A program made the translations under genes and the position numbers. From Eledone cirrhosa (taxonomy: Eukaryota), in contig OZ024741.1 in the NCBI GenBank assembly GCA_964016885.1, positions 246,140,001 through 246,204,000 on the forward strand: a stretch of 64,000 nucleotides of DNA. Reading direction: 5' to 3'. The notes beneath the pieces were generated by a model. The model had not been told where the DNA came from and ran no database searches. It saw only the letters and a program-made list of their open reading frames with translations. This document shows, piece after piece, positions 41,437-56,400 of the stretch (positions within the stretch are counted from its first letter, which is position 1; every line of letters begins with the position of its first letter).

Positions 41437-44400
41437 CTTGGAAGGCTGGAAATTATCTCCCCTTGGACGGCTGGAAATTATCTCCCCTTGGACGGCTAGA
41501 AATTATCTCTCCTTGGACGGCTGAAAATTATCTCCCCTTGGACGGCTGCAAATTATCTCCCCTTGATTTTTTTTACAAATTATCTCCCCCTGATTTTTTT
41601 TACAAATTATCTCCCCCTGATTTTTTTTACAAATTATCTACCCCTGATTTTTTTTACAAATTATCTCCCCCTGATATTTTTTTACAAATTATCTCCCCCT
41701 GATTTTTTTTTACAAATTATCTCCCCCTGATTTTTTTTTTACAAATTATCTCCCCCTGATTTTTTTACAAATTATCTCCCCCTGATTTTTTTTACAATCT
41801 CCGCCTGATTTTTTTAAAAATTATCTTCCCTTGGCTGGCGGGAAATTATCTCCCCTTGGACGGCTGGAAATTATCTCGCCTTGCACGGCTGGAAATTATC
41901 TCCCCTTGGCTGGAAATTATCTCCCCTTGGACGGCTAGAAATTATCTCTCTTTGGACGGCTGGAAATTATCTCCCTTTGATTTTTTTTACAAATTATCTC
42001 CCTCTGATTTTTTTTACAAATCTCCCCCTGATTTTTTTAAAAAAATTATCTCCCCTTCGCTGGCTGGAAATTATCTTCCCTTGGACGGCTGGAAATTATC
42101 TCACCTTGATTTTTTTTACAAATTATCTCCGCCTGATTTTTTTTTAAAATTATCTCTCCTTGGACGGCTGGAAATTATCTCCCCTTGATTTTTTTTACAA
42201 ATAATCTCCCCCTGATTTTTTTTTATAAATTATCTCCCCCTGATTTTTTTTTACAAATTATCTACCCCTGTTTTTTTTTACAAATTATCTCCCCCTGATT
42301 TTTTTTACAAATTATCTCCCCCTGATTTTTCTTTTACAAATTATCTCCCCCTGATTTTTCTTTTACAAATTATCTCCCCCTGATTTTTTTACAAATTATC
42401 TCCCCCTGATTTTTTTTACAAATTGTCTCCGCCTGATTTTTTTAAATATTATCTTCCCTTGGCTGGCGGGAAATTACCTCCCCTTGGACGGCTGGAAATT
42501 ATCTGCCCTTGATTTTCTTTTTACAAATTATCTTCCACTGATTTTTTTTACAAATTATCTCCACCTGATTTTTTAAAAAATTATCTCCCCTTGGAAGGCT
42601 GGAAATTATCTCCCCTTGGCTGGAAATTATCTCCCCTTGGACGGCTAGAAATTATCTCTCTTTGGACGGCTGGAAATTATCACCCCTTGAGTTTTTTACA
42701 AATTATCTCCCCCTGATTTTTTTTACAAATCTCCCAGTGATTTTTTAAAAAAAATTATCTCCCCTTCGCTGGCTGGAAATTATCTCCCCTTGGACGCTGG
42801 AAATTATAGCCCCTTGGAGGGCTGGAAATTATCTTCCCTTGGACGGCTGGAAATTATCTCCCCTTGATTTTTTTTACAAATTATCTCCCCCTGATTTTTT
42901 TTTACAAATTATCTCCCCCTGATTTTTTTTTACAACTTATCTGCGCCTGATTTTTTTAAAAAAATTATCTCCCCTTGGACGGCTGGAAATTATCTCCCCT
43001 TGGACGGCTGGAAATTATCTCTCCTTGGACGGCTAGAATTTACCTCTCCTTGGACGGCTGAAAATTATCTCCCCTTGGACGGCTGGAAATTATCTCCCCT
43101 TGATTTTTTTTACAAATTATCTCCCCCTTTTTTTTTTTTACAAATTATCTCCCCCTGATTTTTTTTTACAAATTATCTCCCCCTGATTTTTTTTTACAAA
43201 TTATCTCCCCCTGATTTTTTTTACAAATTATCTCCCCCCTGATTTTTTTACAAATTATCTCCCCTTGGCTGGCTGGAAATTATCTCCCCTTGGAGGCTGG
43301 AACTTATCTCCCCTTGGACGGCTAGAAATTACCTCTCCTTGGACGGCTGGAAAATATGTCTCCTTGGACGGCTGGATATTATCTCCCCTTGGACGGCTGG
43401 AAATTATCTCCCCTTGGATGGCTGGAAATTATCTCCCCTTGGATGGCTAGATATTACCTCCCCTTGGACGGCTGGAAATTATCTCCCCTTGATTTTTTTA
43501 ACAAATTATCTCCCCCTGATTTTTTTTTACAAATGATCTCCCCCTGATTTTTTTTAAAAAATTATCTCCCCCTGATTTTTGTTTACAAATTATCTCCGCC
43601 TGATTTTTTTTAACAAATTATCTCCCCTTGGACGGCTGGAAATTATCTCCCCTTGGACGGCTGGAAATTATATCTCCTTGGACGGCTAGAATTTACCTCT
43701 CCTTGGACGGCTGAAAATTATCTCCCCTTGGACGGCTGGAAATTATCTCCCCTTGATTTTTTTTACAAATCATCTCCCCCTGATTTTTTTTTACAAATTA
43801 TCTCCCCCTGATTTTTTTTTACAAATTATCTCCCCCTGATTTTTTTTTACAAATTATCTCCATCTGATTTTTTTACAAATTATCTCCCCTTGGCTGGCTG
43901 GAAATTATCTCCCCTTGGAGGCTGGAACTTATCTCCCCTTGGACGGCTAGAAATTACCTCTCCTTGGACGGCTGGAAAATATGTCTCCTTGGACAGCTGG
44001 ATATTATCTCCCCTTGGACGGCTGGAAATTATCTCCCCTTGGACGGCTGGAAATTATCTCCCCTTGGATGGCTAGATATTACCTCCCCTTGGACGGCTGG
44101 AAATTATCTCCCCTTGATTTTTTTTACAAATTATCTCCCCCTGATTTTTTTTTACAAATTATCTCCCCCTGATTTTTGTTTACAAATTATCTCCGCCTGA
44201 TTTTTTTTTTTAAATTATCTCCCCTTGGACGGCTGGAAATTATCTCCCCTTGGACGGCTAGAAATTACCTCTCCTTGGACGGCTGAAAATTATCTCCCCT
44301 TGGACGGCTGGAAATTATCTCCCCTTGGACGGCTGGAAATTATCTCCCCTTGGATGGCTAGATATTACCTCCCCTTGGACGGCTGGAAATTATCTCCCCT

Positions 44401-47400
44401 TGATTTTTTTTACAAATTATCTCCCCCTGATTTTTTTTTACAAATTATCTCCCCCTGATTTTTTTACAAATTATCCCCCCCTGATTTTTTTTACAAATTA
44501 TCTCCGCCTGATTTTTTAAAATATTATCTTCCCTTGGCTGGCGGGAAATTATCTCCCCTTGGACGGCTGGAAATTATCTGCCCTTGATTTTCTTTTTACA
44601 AATTAACTTCCACTGATTTTTTTTACAAATTATCTCCCCTGATTTTTTTAAAAATTATCTCCCCTTGGAAGGCTGGAAATTATCTCCCCTTGGCTGGAAA
44701 TTATCTCCCCTTGGACGGCTAGAAATTATCTCTCTTTGGACGGCTGGAAATTATCACCCCTTGAGTTTTTTACAAATTATCTCCCCCTGATTTTTTTTAC
44801 AAATCTCCCAGTGATTTTTAAAAAAAAATTATCTTCCCTTCGCTGGCTGGAAATTATCTCCCCTTGGACGCTGGAAATTATAGCCCCTTGGAGGGCTGGA
44901 AATTATCTTCCCTTGGACGGCTGGAAATTATCTCCCCTTGATTTTTTTTACAAATTATCTCCCCCTGATTTTTTTTTACAAATTATCTCCCCCTGATTTT
45001 TTTTTATAACTTATCTGCGCCTGATTTTTTTAAAAAAATTATCTCTCCTTGGACGGCTGGAAATTATCTACCCTTGGACGGCTGGAAATTATCTCTCCTT
45101 GGACGGCTAGAATTTACCTCTCCTTGGACGGCTGAAAATTATCTCCCCTTGGACGGCTGGAAATTATCTCCCCTTGATTTTTTTTACAAATTATCTCCCC
45201 CTGATTTTTTTTTACAAATTATCTCCCCCTGATTTTTTTTTACAAATTATCTCCCCCTGATTTTTTTTTACAAATTATCTCCCCCTGATTTTTTTTACAA
45301 ATTATCTCCCCCTGATTTTTTTTTACAAATTATCTCCCCCTGATTTTTTTTTACAAATTATCTCCCCCTGATTTTTTTTTACAAATTATCTCCCCCTGAT
45401 TTTTTTTTACAAATTATCTCCCCCTGATTTTTTTTACAAATTATCTCCCCCTGATTTTTTTTTACAAATTATCTCCGCCTGATTTTTTTTTAAAAATTAC
45501 CTCCCCTTGGACGGCTGGAAATTATCTCCCCTTGGACGGCTGGAAATTATCTCCCCTTGGACGGCTAGAAATTATCTCTCCTTGGACGGCTGAAAATTAT
45601 CTCCCCTTGGACGGCTGCAAATTATCTCCCCTTGATTTTTTTTACAAATTATCTCCCCCTGATTTTTTTTACAAATTATCTCCCCCTGATTTTTTTTACA
45701 AATTATCTACCCCTGATTTTTTTTACAAATTATCTCCCCCTGATTTTTTTTTACAAATTATCTCCCCCTGATTTTTTTTTACAAATTATCTCCCCCTGAT
45801 TTTTCTTTTACAAATTATCTCCCCCTGATTTTTTTACAAAGTATCTCCCCCTGATTTTTTTTACAATCTCCGCCTGATTTTTTTAAAAATTATCTTCCCT
45901 TGGCTGGCGGGAAATTATCTCCCCTTGGACGGCTGGAAATTATCTCCCCTTGGAAGGATGGAAATTATCTCCCCTTGGACGGCTGGAAATTATCTCCCCT
46001 TGCACGGCTGGAAATTATCTCCCCTTGGACGGCTAGAAATTATCTCTCTTTGGACGGCTGGAAATTATCTCCCTTTGATTTTTTTTACAAATTATCTCCC
46101 TCTGATTTTTTTTACAAATCTCCCCCTGATTTTTTAAAAAAAATTATCTCCCCTTCGCTGGCTGGAAATTATCTCCCCTTGGACACTGGAAATTATAGCC
46201 CCTTGGAGGGCTGGAAATTATCTTCCCTTGGACGGCTGGAAATTATCTCCCCCTGATTTTTTTAACAAATTATCTCCGCCTTATTTTTTTTTAAAATTAT
46301 CTCTCCTTGGACGGCTGGAAATTATCTCCCCTTGATTTTTTTTACAAATAATCTCCCCCTGATTTTTTTTTACAAATTATCTCCCCCTGATTTTTTTTTA
46401 CAAATTATCTACCCCTGATTTTTTTTTACAAATTATCTCCCCCTGATTTTTTACAAATTATCTCCCCCTGATTTTTCTTTTACAAATTATCTCCCCCTGA
46501 TTTTTTTTACAAATTATCTCCGCCTGATTTTTTTAAATATTATCTTCCCTTGGCTGGCGGGAAATTATCTCCCCTTGGACGGCTGGAAATTATCTGCCCT
46601 TGATTTTCTTTTTACAAATTATCTTCCACTGATTTTTTTTACAAATTATCTCCACCTGATTTTTTAAAAAATTATCTCCCCTTGGAAGGCTGGAAATTAT
46701 CTCTCTTTGTACGGCTGGAAATTATCACCCCTTGAGTTTTTTACAAATTATCTCCCCCTGATTTTTTTTACAAATCTCCCAGTGTTTTTTAAAAAAAATT
46801 ATCTCCCCTTCGCTGGCTGGAAATTATCTCCCCTTGGACGCTGGAAATTATAGCCCCTTGGAGGGCTGGAAATTATCTTCCCTTGGACGGCTGGAAATTA
46901 TCTCCCCTTGATTTTTTTTACAAATTATCTCCCCCTGATTTTTTTTTACAAATTATCTCCCCCTGATTTTTTTTTACAACTTATCTGCGCCTGATTTTTT
47001 AAAAAAAATTATCTTCCCTTGGACGGCTGGAAATTATCTCCCCTTGGACGGCTGGAAATTATCTCTCCTTGGACGGCTAGAATTTACCTCTCTTTGGACG
47101 GCTGAAAATTATCTCCCCTTGGACGGCTGGAAATTATCTCCCCTTGATTTTTTTTACAAATTATCTCCCCCTGATTTTTTTTTACAAATTATCTCCCCCT
47201 GATTTTTTTTTACAAATTATCTCCCCCTGATTTTTTTTTACAAATTATCTCCCCCTGATTTTTTTTACAAATTATCTCCCCCTGATTTTTTTACAAATTA
47301 TCTCCCCTTGGCTGGTTGGAAATTATCTCCCCTTGGAGGCTGGAACTTATGTCCCCTTGGACGGCTAGAAATTACCTCTCCTTGGACGGCTGGAAAATAT

Positions 47401-50400
47401 GTCTCCTTGGACGGCTGGATATTATCTCCCCTTGGACGGCTGGAAATTATCTCCCCTTGGACGGCTGGAAATTATCTCCCCTTGGATGGCTAGATATTAC
47501 CTCCCCTTGGACGGCTGGAAATTATCTCCCCTTGATTTTTTTTACAAATTATCTCCCCCTGATTTTTTTTTACAAATTATCTCCCCCTGATTTTTTTTTA
47601 CAAATTATCTCCCCCTGATTTTTGTTTACAAATTATCTCCGCCTGATTTTTTTTTTAAAATTATCTCCCCTTGGACGGCTGGAAATTATCTCCCCTTGGA
47701 CGGCTAGAAATTACCTATCCTTGGACGGCTGAAAATTATCTCCCCTTGGACGGCTGGAAATTATCTCCCCTTGATTTTTTTACAAATTATCTCCCCCTGA
47801 TTTTTTTTTACAAATTATCTCCCCCTGATTTTTTTTTTACAAATTATCTCCCCCTGATTTTTTTTTACAAATTATCTACCCCTGATTTTTTTTACAAATT
47901 ATCTCCCCCTGATTTTTTTTACAAATTATCTCCCCCTGATTTTTTTTTACAAATTATCTCCCCCTGATTTTTTTACAAATTATCTCCCCCTGATTTTTTT
48001 TACAAATTATCTCCGCCTGATTTTTTTAAATATTATCTTCCCTTGGCTGGCGGGAAATTATCTCCCCTTGGACGGCTGAAAATTATCTCCCCTTGGACGG
48101 CTGGAAATTATCTCCCCTTGATTTTTTTTACAAATTATCTCCCCCTGATTTTTTTTTACAAATTATCTCCCCCTGATTTTTTTACAAATTATCTCCCCCT
48201 GATTTTTTTTTACAAATTATCTCCCCCTGATTTTTTTTACAAATTATCTCCCTCTGATTTTTTTACAAATTATCTCCCCTTGGCTGGCTGGAAATTATCT
48301 CCCCTTGGACGGCTAGAAATTACCTCTCCTTGGACGGCTGGAAAATATGTCTCCTTGGACGGCTGGATATTATCTCCCCTTGGACGGCTGGAAATTATCT
48401 CCCCTTGGACGCTGGAAATTATAGCCCCTTGGAGGGCTGGAAATTATCTTCCCTTGGACGGCTGGAAATTATCTCCCCTTGATTTTTTTTACAAATTATC
48501 TCCCCCTGATTTTTTTTACAAATTATCTCCCCCTGATTTTTTTTACAAATTATCTCCCCCTGATTTTTTTTTACAAATTATCTCCCCCTGATTTTTTTAC
48601 AAATTATCTCCCCCTGATTTTTTTTACAATCTCCGCCTGATTTTTTTAAAAATTATCTTCCCTTGGCTGGCTGGAAATTATCTCCCCTTGGACACTGGAA
48701 ATTATAGCCCCTTGGAGGGCTGGAAATTATCTTCCCTTGGACGGCTGGAAATTATCTCCCCTTGATTTTTTTTACAAATTATCTCCGCCTGATTTTTTTT
48801 TACAAATTATCTCCCCCTGATTTTTTTTTACAAATTATCTACCCCTGATTTTTTTTTACAAATTATCTCCCCCTGATTTTTTTTACAAATTATCTCCCCC
48901 TGATTTTTCTTTTACAAATTATCTCCCCCTGATTTTTTTACAAATTATCTCCCCCTGATTTTTTTTACAAATTATCTCCGCCTGATTTTTTTAAATATTA
49001 TCTTCCCTTGGCTGGCGGGAAATTATCTCCCCTTGGACGGCTGGAAATTATCTGCCCTTGATTTTCTTTTTACAAATTATCTTCCACTGATTTTTTTTAC
49101 AAATTATCTCCACCTGATTTTTTAAAAAATTATCTCCCCTTGGAAGGCTGGAAATTATCTCCCCTTGGACGGCTGGAAATTATCTCCCCTTGGACGGCTA
49201 GAAATTATCTCTCCTTGGACGGCTGAAAATTATCTCCCCTTGGACGGCTGCAAATTATCTCCCCTTGATTTTTTTTACAAATTATCTCCCCCTGATTTTT
49301 TTTACAAATTATCTCCCCCTGATTTTTTTTACAAATTATCTACCCCTGATTTTTTTTACAAATTATCTCCCCCTGATTTTTTTTTACAAATTATCTCCCC
49401 CTGATTTTTTTTTACAAATTATCTCCCCCTGATTTTTTTTTTACAAATTATCTCCCCCTGATTTTTTTACAAATTATCTCCCCCTGATTTTTTTTACAAT
49501 CTCCGCCTGATTTTTTTAAAAATTATCTTCCCTTGGCTGGCGGGAAATTATCTCCCCTTGGACGGCTGGAAATTATCTCGCCTTGCACGGCTGGAAATTA
49601 TCTCCCCTTGGCTGGAAATTATCTCCCCTTGGACGGCTAGAAATTATCTCTCTTTGGACGGCTGGAAATTATCTCCCTTTGATTTTTTTTACAAATTATC
49701 TCCCTCTGATTTTTTTTACAAATCTCCCCCTGATTTTTTTAAAAAAATTATCTCCCCTTCGCTGGCTGGAAATTATCTTCCCTTGGACGGCTGGAAATTA
49801 TCTCACCTTGATTTTTTTTACAAATTATCTCCGCCTGATTTTTTTTTTAAATTATCTCTCCTTGGACGGCTGGAAATTATCTTCCCTTGATTTTTTTTAC
49901 AAATAATCTCCCCCTGATTTTTTTTTATAAATTATCTCCCCCTGATTTTTTTTTACAAATTATCTACCCCTGTTTTTTTTTACAAATTATCTCCCCCTGA
50001 TTTTTTTTACAAATTATCTCCCCCTGATTTTTCTTTTACAAATTATCTCCCCCTGATTTTTCTTTTACAAATTATCTCCCCCTGATTTTTTTACAAATTA
50101 TCTCCCCCTGATTTTTTTTACAAATTGTCTCCGCCTGATTTTTTTAAATATTATCTTCCCTTGGCTGGCGGGAAATTACCTCCCCTTGGACGGCTGGAAA
50201 TTATCTGCCCTTGATTTTCTTTTTACAAATTATCTTCCACTGATTTTTTTTACAAATTATCTCCACCTGATTTTTTAAAAAATTATCTCCCCTTGGAAGG
50301 CTGGAAATTATCTCCCCTTGGCTGGAAATTATCTCCCCTTGGACGGCTAGAAATTATCTCTCTTTGGACGGCTGGAAATTATCACCCCTTGAGTTTTTTA

Positions 50401-53400
50401 CAAATTATCTCCCCCTGATTTTTTTTACAAATCTCCCAGTGATTTTTTAAAAAAAATTATCTCCCCTTCGCTGGCTGGAAATTATCTCCCCTTGGACGCT
50501 GGAAATTATAGCCCCTTGGAGGGCTGGAAATTATCTTCCCTTGGACGGCTGGAAATTATCTCCCCTTGATTTTTTTTACAAATTATCTCCCCCTGATTTT
50601 TTTTTACAAATTATCTCCCCCTGATTTTTTTTTACAACTTATCTGCGCCTGATTTTTTAAAAAAAATTATCTCCCCTTGGACGGCTGGAAATTATCTCCC
50701 CTTGGACGGCTGGAAATTATCTCTCCTTGGACGGCTAGAATTTACCTCTCCTTGGACGGCTGAAAATTATCTCCCCTTGGACGGCTGGAAATTATCTCCC
50801 CTTGATTTTTTTTACAAATTATCTCCCCCTTTTTTTTTTTTACAAATTATCTCCCCCTGATTTTTTTTTACAAATTATCTCCCCCTGATTTTTTTTTACA
50901 AATTATCTCCCCCTGATTTTTTTTACAAATTATCTCCCCCCTGATTTTTTTACAAATTATCTCCCCTTGGCTGGCTGGAAATTATCTCCCCTTGGAGGCT
51001 GGAACTTATCTCCCCTTGGACGGCTAGAAATTACCTCTCCTTGGACGGCTGGAAAATATGTCTCCTTGGACGGCTGGATATTATCTCCCCTTGGACGGCT
51101 GGAAATTATCTCCCCTTGGACGGCTGGAAATTATCTCCCCTTGGATGGCTAGATATTACCTCCCCTTGGACGGCTGGAAATTATCTCCCCTTGATTTTTT
51201 TAACAAATTATCTCCCCCTGATTTTTTTTTACAAATGATCTCCCCCTGATTTTTTTTAAAAAATTATCTCCCCCTGATTTTTGTTTACAAATTATCTCCG
51301 CCTGATTTTTTTTAACAAATTATCTCCCCTTGGACGGCTGGAAATTATCTCCCCTTGGACGGCTGGAAATTATATCTCCTTGGACGGCTAGAATTTACCT
51401 CTCCTTGGACGGCTGAAAATTATCTCCCCTTGGACGGCTGGAAATTATCTCCCCTTGATTTTTTTTACAAATCATCTCCCCCTGATTTTTTTTTACAAAT
51501 TATCTCCCCCTGATTTTTTTTTACAAATTATCTCCCCCTGATTTTTTTTTACAAATTATCTCCATCTGATTTTTTTACAAATTATCTCCCCTTGGCTGGC
51601 TGGAAATTATCTCCCCTTGGAGGCTGGAACTTATCTCCCCTTGGACGGCTAGAAATTACCTCTCCTTGGACGGCTGGAAAATATGTCTCCTTGGACAGCT
51701 GGATATTATCTCCCCTTGGACGGCTGGAAATTATCTCCCCTTGGACGGCTGGAAATTATCTCCCCTTGGATGGCTAGATATTACCTCCCCTTGGACGGCT
51801 GGAAATTATCACCCCTTGATTTTTTTTACAAATTATCTCCCCCTGATTTTTTTTTACAAATTATCTCCCCCTGATTTTTGTTTACAAATTATCTCCGCCT
51901 GATTTTTTTTTTTAAATTATCTCCCCTTGGACGGCTGGAAATTATCTCCCCTTGGACGGCTAGAAATTACCTCTCCTTGGACGGCTGAAAATTATCTCCC
52001 CTTGGACGGCTGGAAATTATCTCCCCTTGATTTTTTTACAAATTATCTCCCCCTGATTTTTTTTTTACAAATTATCTCCCCCTGATTTTTTTTTACAAAT
52101 TATCTCCCCCTGATTTTTTTTTACAAATTATCTACCCCTGATTTTTTTTACAAATTATCTCCCCCTGATTTTTTTTACAAATTATCTCCCCCTGATTTTT
52201 TTTTACAATTTATCTCCCCCTGATTTTTTTACAAATTATCTCCCCCTGATTTTTTTTACAAATTATCTCCGCCTGATTTTTTTAAATATTATCTTCCCTT
52301 GGCTGGCGGGAAATTATCTCCCCTTGGACGGCTGAAAATTATCTCCCCTTGGACGGCTGGAAATTATCTCCCCTTGATTTTTTTTACAAATTATCTCCCC
52401 CTGATTTTTTTTTACAAATTATCTCCCCCTGATTTTTTTACAAATTATCTCCCCCTGATTTTTTTTTACAAATTATCTCCCCCTGATTTTTTTTACAAAT
52501 TATCTCCCTCTGATTTTTTTACAAATTATCTCCCCTTGGCTGGCTGGAAATTATCTCCCCTTGGACGGCTAGAAATTACCTCTCCTTGGACGGCTGGAAA
52601 ATATGTCTCCTTGGACGGCTGGATATTATCTCCCCTTGGACGGCTGGAAATTATCTCCCCTTGGACGGCTGGAAATTATCTCCCCTTGGACGGATAGATA
52701 TTACCTCCCCTTGGACGGCTGGAAATTATCTCCCCTTGATTTTTTTACAAATTATCTCCCCCTGATTTATTTTACAAATCTCCCAATGATTTTAAAAAAA
52801 AAATTATCTCCCCTTCGCTGGCTGGAAATTATCTCCCCTTGGACGCTGGAAATTATAGCCCCTTGGAGGGCTGGAAATTATCTTCCCTTGGACGGCTGGA
52901 AATTATCTCCCCTTGATTTTTTTTACAAATTATCTCCCCCTGATTTTTTTTACAAATTATCTCCCCCTGATTTTTTTTACAAATTATCTACCCCTGATTT
53001 TTTTTACAAATTATCTCCCCCTGATTTTTTTTTACAAATTATCTCCCCCTGATTTTTTTTTACAAATTATCTCCCCCTGATTTTTTTACAAATTATCTCC
53101 CCCTGATTTTTTTTACAATCTCCGCCTGATTTTTTTAAAAATTATCTTCCCTTGGCTGGCTGGAAATTATCTCCCCTTGGACACTGGAAATTATAGCCCC
53201 TTGGAGGGCTGGAAATTATCTTCCCTTGGACGGCTGGAAATTATCTCCCCTTGATTTTTTTTACAAATTATCTCCACCTGATTTTTTTTTACAAATTATC
53301 TCCCCCTGATTTTTTTTACAAATTATCTACCCCTGATTTTTTTTTACAAATTATCTCCCCCTGATTTTTTTTACAAATTATCTCCCCCTGATTTTTCTTT

Positions 53401-56400
53401 TACAAATTATCTCCCCCTGATTTTTTTACAAATTATCTCCCCCTGATTTTTTTTACAAATTATCTCCGCCTGATTTTTTTAAATATTATCTTCCCTTGGC
53501 TGGCGGGAAATTATCTCCCCTTGGACGGCTGGAAATTATCTGCCCTTGATTTTCTTTTTACAAATTATCTTCCACTGATTTTTTTTACAAATTATCTCCA
53601 CCTGATTTTTTAAAAAATTATCTCCCCTTGGAAGGCTGGAAATTATCTCCCCTTGGACGGCTGGAAATTATCTCCCCTTGGACGGCTAGAAATTATCTCT
53701 CCTTGGACGGCTGAAAATTATCTCCCCTTGGACGGCTGCAAATTATCTCCCCTTGATTTTTTTTACAAATTATCTCCCCCTGATTTTTTTTACAAATTAT
53801 CTCCCCCTGATTTTTTTTACAAATTATCTACCCCTGATTTTTCTAACAAATTATCTCCCCCTGATTTTTTTTTACAAATTATCTCCCCCTGATTTTTTTT
53901 TACAAATTATCTCCCCCTGATTTTTTTTTACAAATTATCTCCCCCTGATTTTTTTACAAATTATCTCCCCCTGATTTTTTTTACAATCTCCGCCTGATTT
54001 TTTTAAAAATTATCTACCCTTGGCTGGCGGGAAATTATCTCCCCTTGGACGGCTGGAAATTATCTCCCCTTGGAAGGATGGAAATTATCTCCCCTTGGAC
54101 GGCTGGAAATTATCTCCCCTTGCACGGCTGGAAATTATCTCCCCTTGGCTGGAAATTATCTCCCCTTGGACGGCTAGAAATTATCTCTCTTTGGACGGCT
54201 GGAAATTATCTCCCTTTGATTTTTTTACAAATTATCTCCCTCTGATTTTTTTTACAAATCTCCCCCTGATTTTTTTAAAAAAATTATCTCCCCTTCGCTG
54301 GCTGGAAATTATCTTCCCTTGGACGGCTGGAAATTATCTCACCTTGATTTTTTTTACAAATTATCTCCGCCTGATTTTTTTTTTAAATTATCTCTCCTTG
54401 GACGGCTGGAAATTATCTCCCCTTGATTTTTTTTACAAATAATCTCCCCCTGATTTTTTTTTATAAATTATCTCCCCCTGATTTTTTTTTACAAATTATC
54501 TACCCCTGATTTTTTTTTACAAATTATCTCCCCCTGATTTTTTTTACAAATTGTCTCCCCCTGATTTTTCTTTTACAAATTATCTCCCCCTGATTTTTTT
54601 ACAAATTATCTTCCACTGATTTTTTTTACAAATTATCTCCACCTGATTTTTTAAAAAATTATCTCCCCTTGGAAGGCTGGAAATTATCTCCCCTTGGCTG
54701 GAAATTATCTCCCCTTGGACGGCTAGAAATTATCTCTCTTTGGACGGCTGGAAATTATCACCCCTTGAGTTTTTTACAAATTATCTCCCCCTGATTTTTT
54801 TTACAAATCTCCCAGTGATTTTTTAAAAAAAATTATCTCCCCTTCGCTGGCTGGAAATTATCTCCCCTTGGACGCTGGAAATTATAGCCCCTTGGAGGGC
54901 TGGAAATTATCTTCCCTTGGACGGCTGGAAATTATCTCCCCTTGATTTTTTTTACAAATTATCTCCCCCTTTTTTTTTTTTACAAATTATCTCCCCTTGG
55001 CTGGCTGGAAATTATCTCCCCTTGGAGGCTGGAACTTATCTCCCCTTGGACGGCTAGAAATTACCTCTCCTTGGACGGCTGGAAAATATGTCTCCTTGGA
55101 CGGCTGGATATTATCTCCCCTTGGACGGCTGGAAATTATCTCCCCTTGGACGGCTGGAAATTATCTCCCCTTGGATGGCTAGATATTACCTCCCCTTGGA
55201 CGGCTGGAAATTATCTCCCCTTGATTTTTTTAACAAATTATCTCCCCCTGATTTTTTTTTACAAATGATCTCCCCCTGATTTTTTTTAAAAAATTATCTC
55301 CCCCTGATTTTTGTTTACAAATTATCTCCGCCTGATTTTTTTTAACAAATTATCTCCCCTTGGACTGCTGGAAATTATCTCCCCTTGGACGGCTGGAAAT
55401 TATATCTCCTTGGACGGCTAGAATTTACCTCTCCTTGGACGGCTGAAAATTATCTCCCCTTGGACGGCTGGAAATTATCTCCCCTTGATTTTTTTTACAA
55501 ATCATCTCCCCATGATTTTTTTTTACAAATTATCTCCCCCTGATTTTTTTTTACAAATTATCTCCCCCTGATTTTTTTTTACAAATTATCTCCCCCTGAT
55601 TTTTTTACAAATTATCTCCCCTTGGCTGGCTGGAAATTATCTCCCCTTGGAGGCTGGAACTTATCTCCCCTTGGACGGCTAGAAATTACCTCTCCTTGGA
55701 CGGCTGGAAAATATGTCTCCTTGGACGGCTGGATATTATCTCCCCTTGGACGGCTGGAAATTATCTCCCCTTGGACGGCTGGAAATTATCTCCCCTTGGA
55801 TGGCTAGATATTACCTCCCCTTGGACGGCTGGAAATTATCTCCCCTTGATTTTTTTTACAAATTATCTCCCCCTGATTTTTTTTTACAAATTATCTCCCC
55901 CTGATTTTTTTTTACAAATTATCTCCCCCTGATTTTTGTTTACAAATTATCTCCGCCTGATTTTTTTTTTAAAATTATCTCCCCTTGGACGGCTGGAAAT
56001 TATCTCCCCTTGGACGGCTAGAAATTACCTCTCCTTGGACGGCTGAAAATTATCTCCCCTTGGACGGCTGGAAATTATCTCCCCTTGATTTTTTTACAAA
56101 TTATCTCCCCCTGATTTTTTTTTTACAAATTATCTCCCTCTGATTTTTTTTTACAAATTATCTACCCCTGATTTTTTTTTACAAATTATCTCCCCCTGAT
56201 TTTTTTTTACAAATTATCTACCCCTGATTTTTTTTACAAATTATCTCCCCCTGATTTTTTTTACAAATTATCTCCCCCTGATTTTTTTTTTACAAATTAT
56301 CTCCCCCTGATTTTTTTACAAATTATCTCCCCCTGATTTTTTTTACAAATTATCTCCGCCGGATTTTTTTAAATATTATCTTCCCTTGGCTTGCGGGAAA

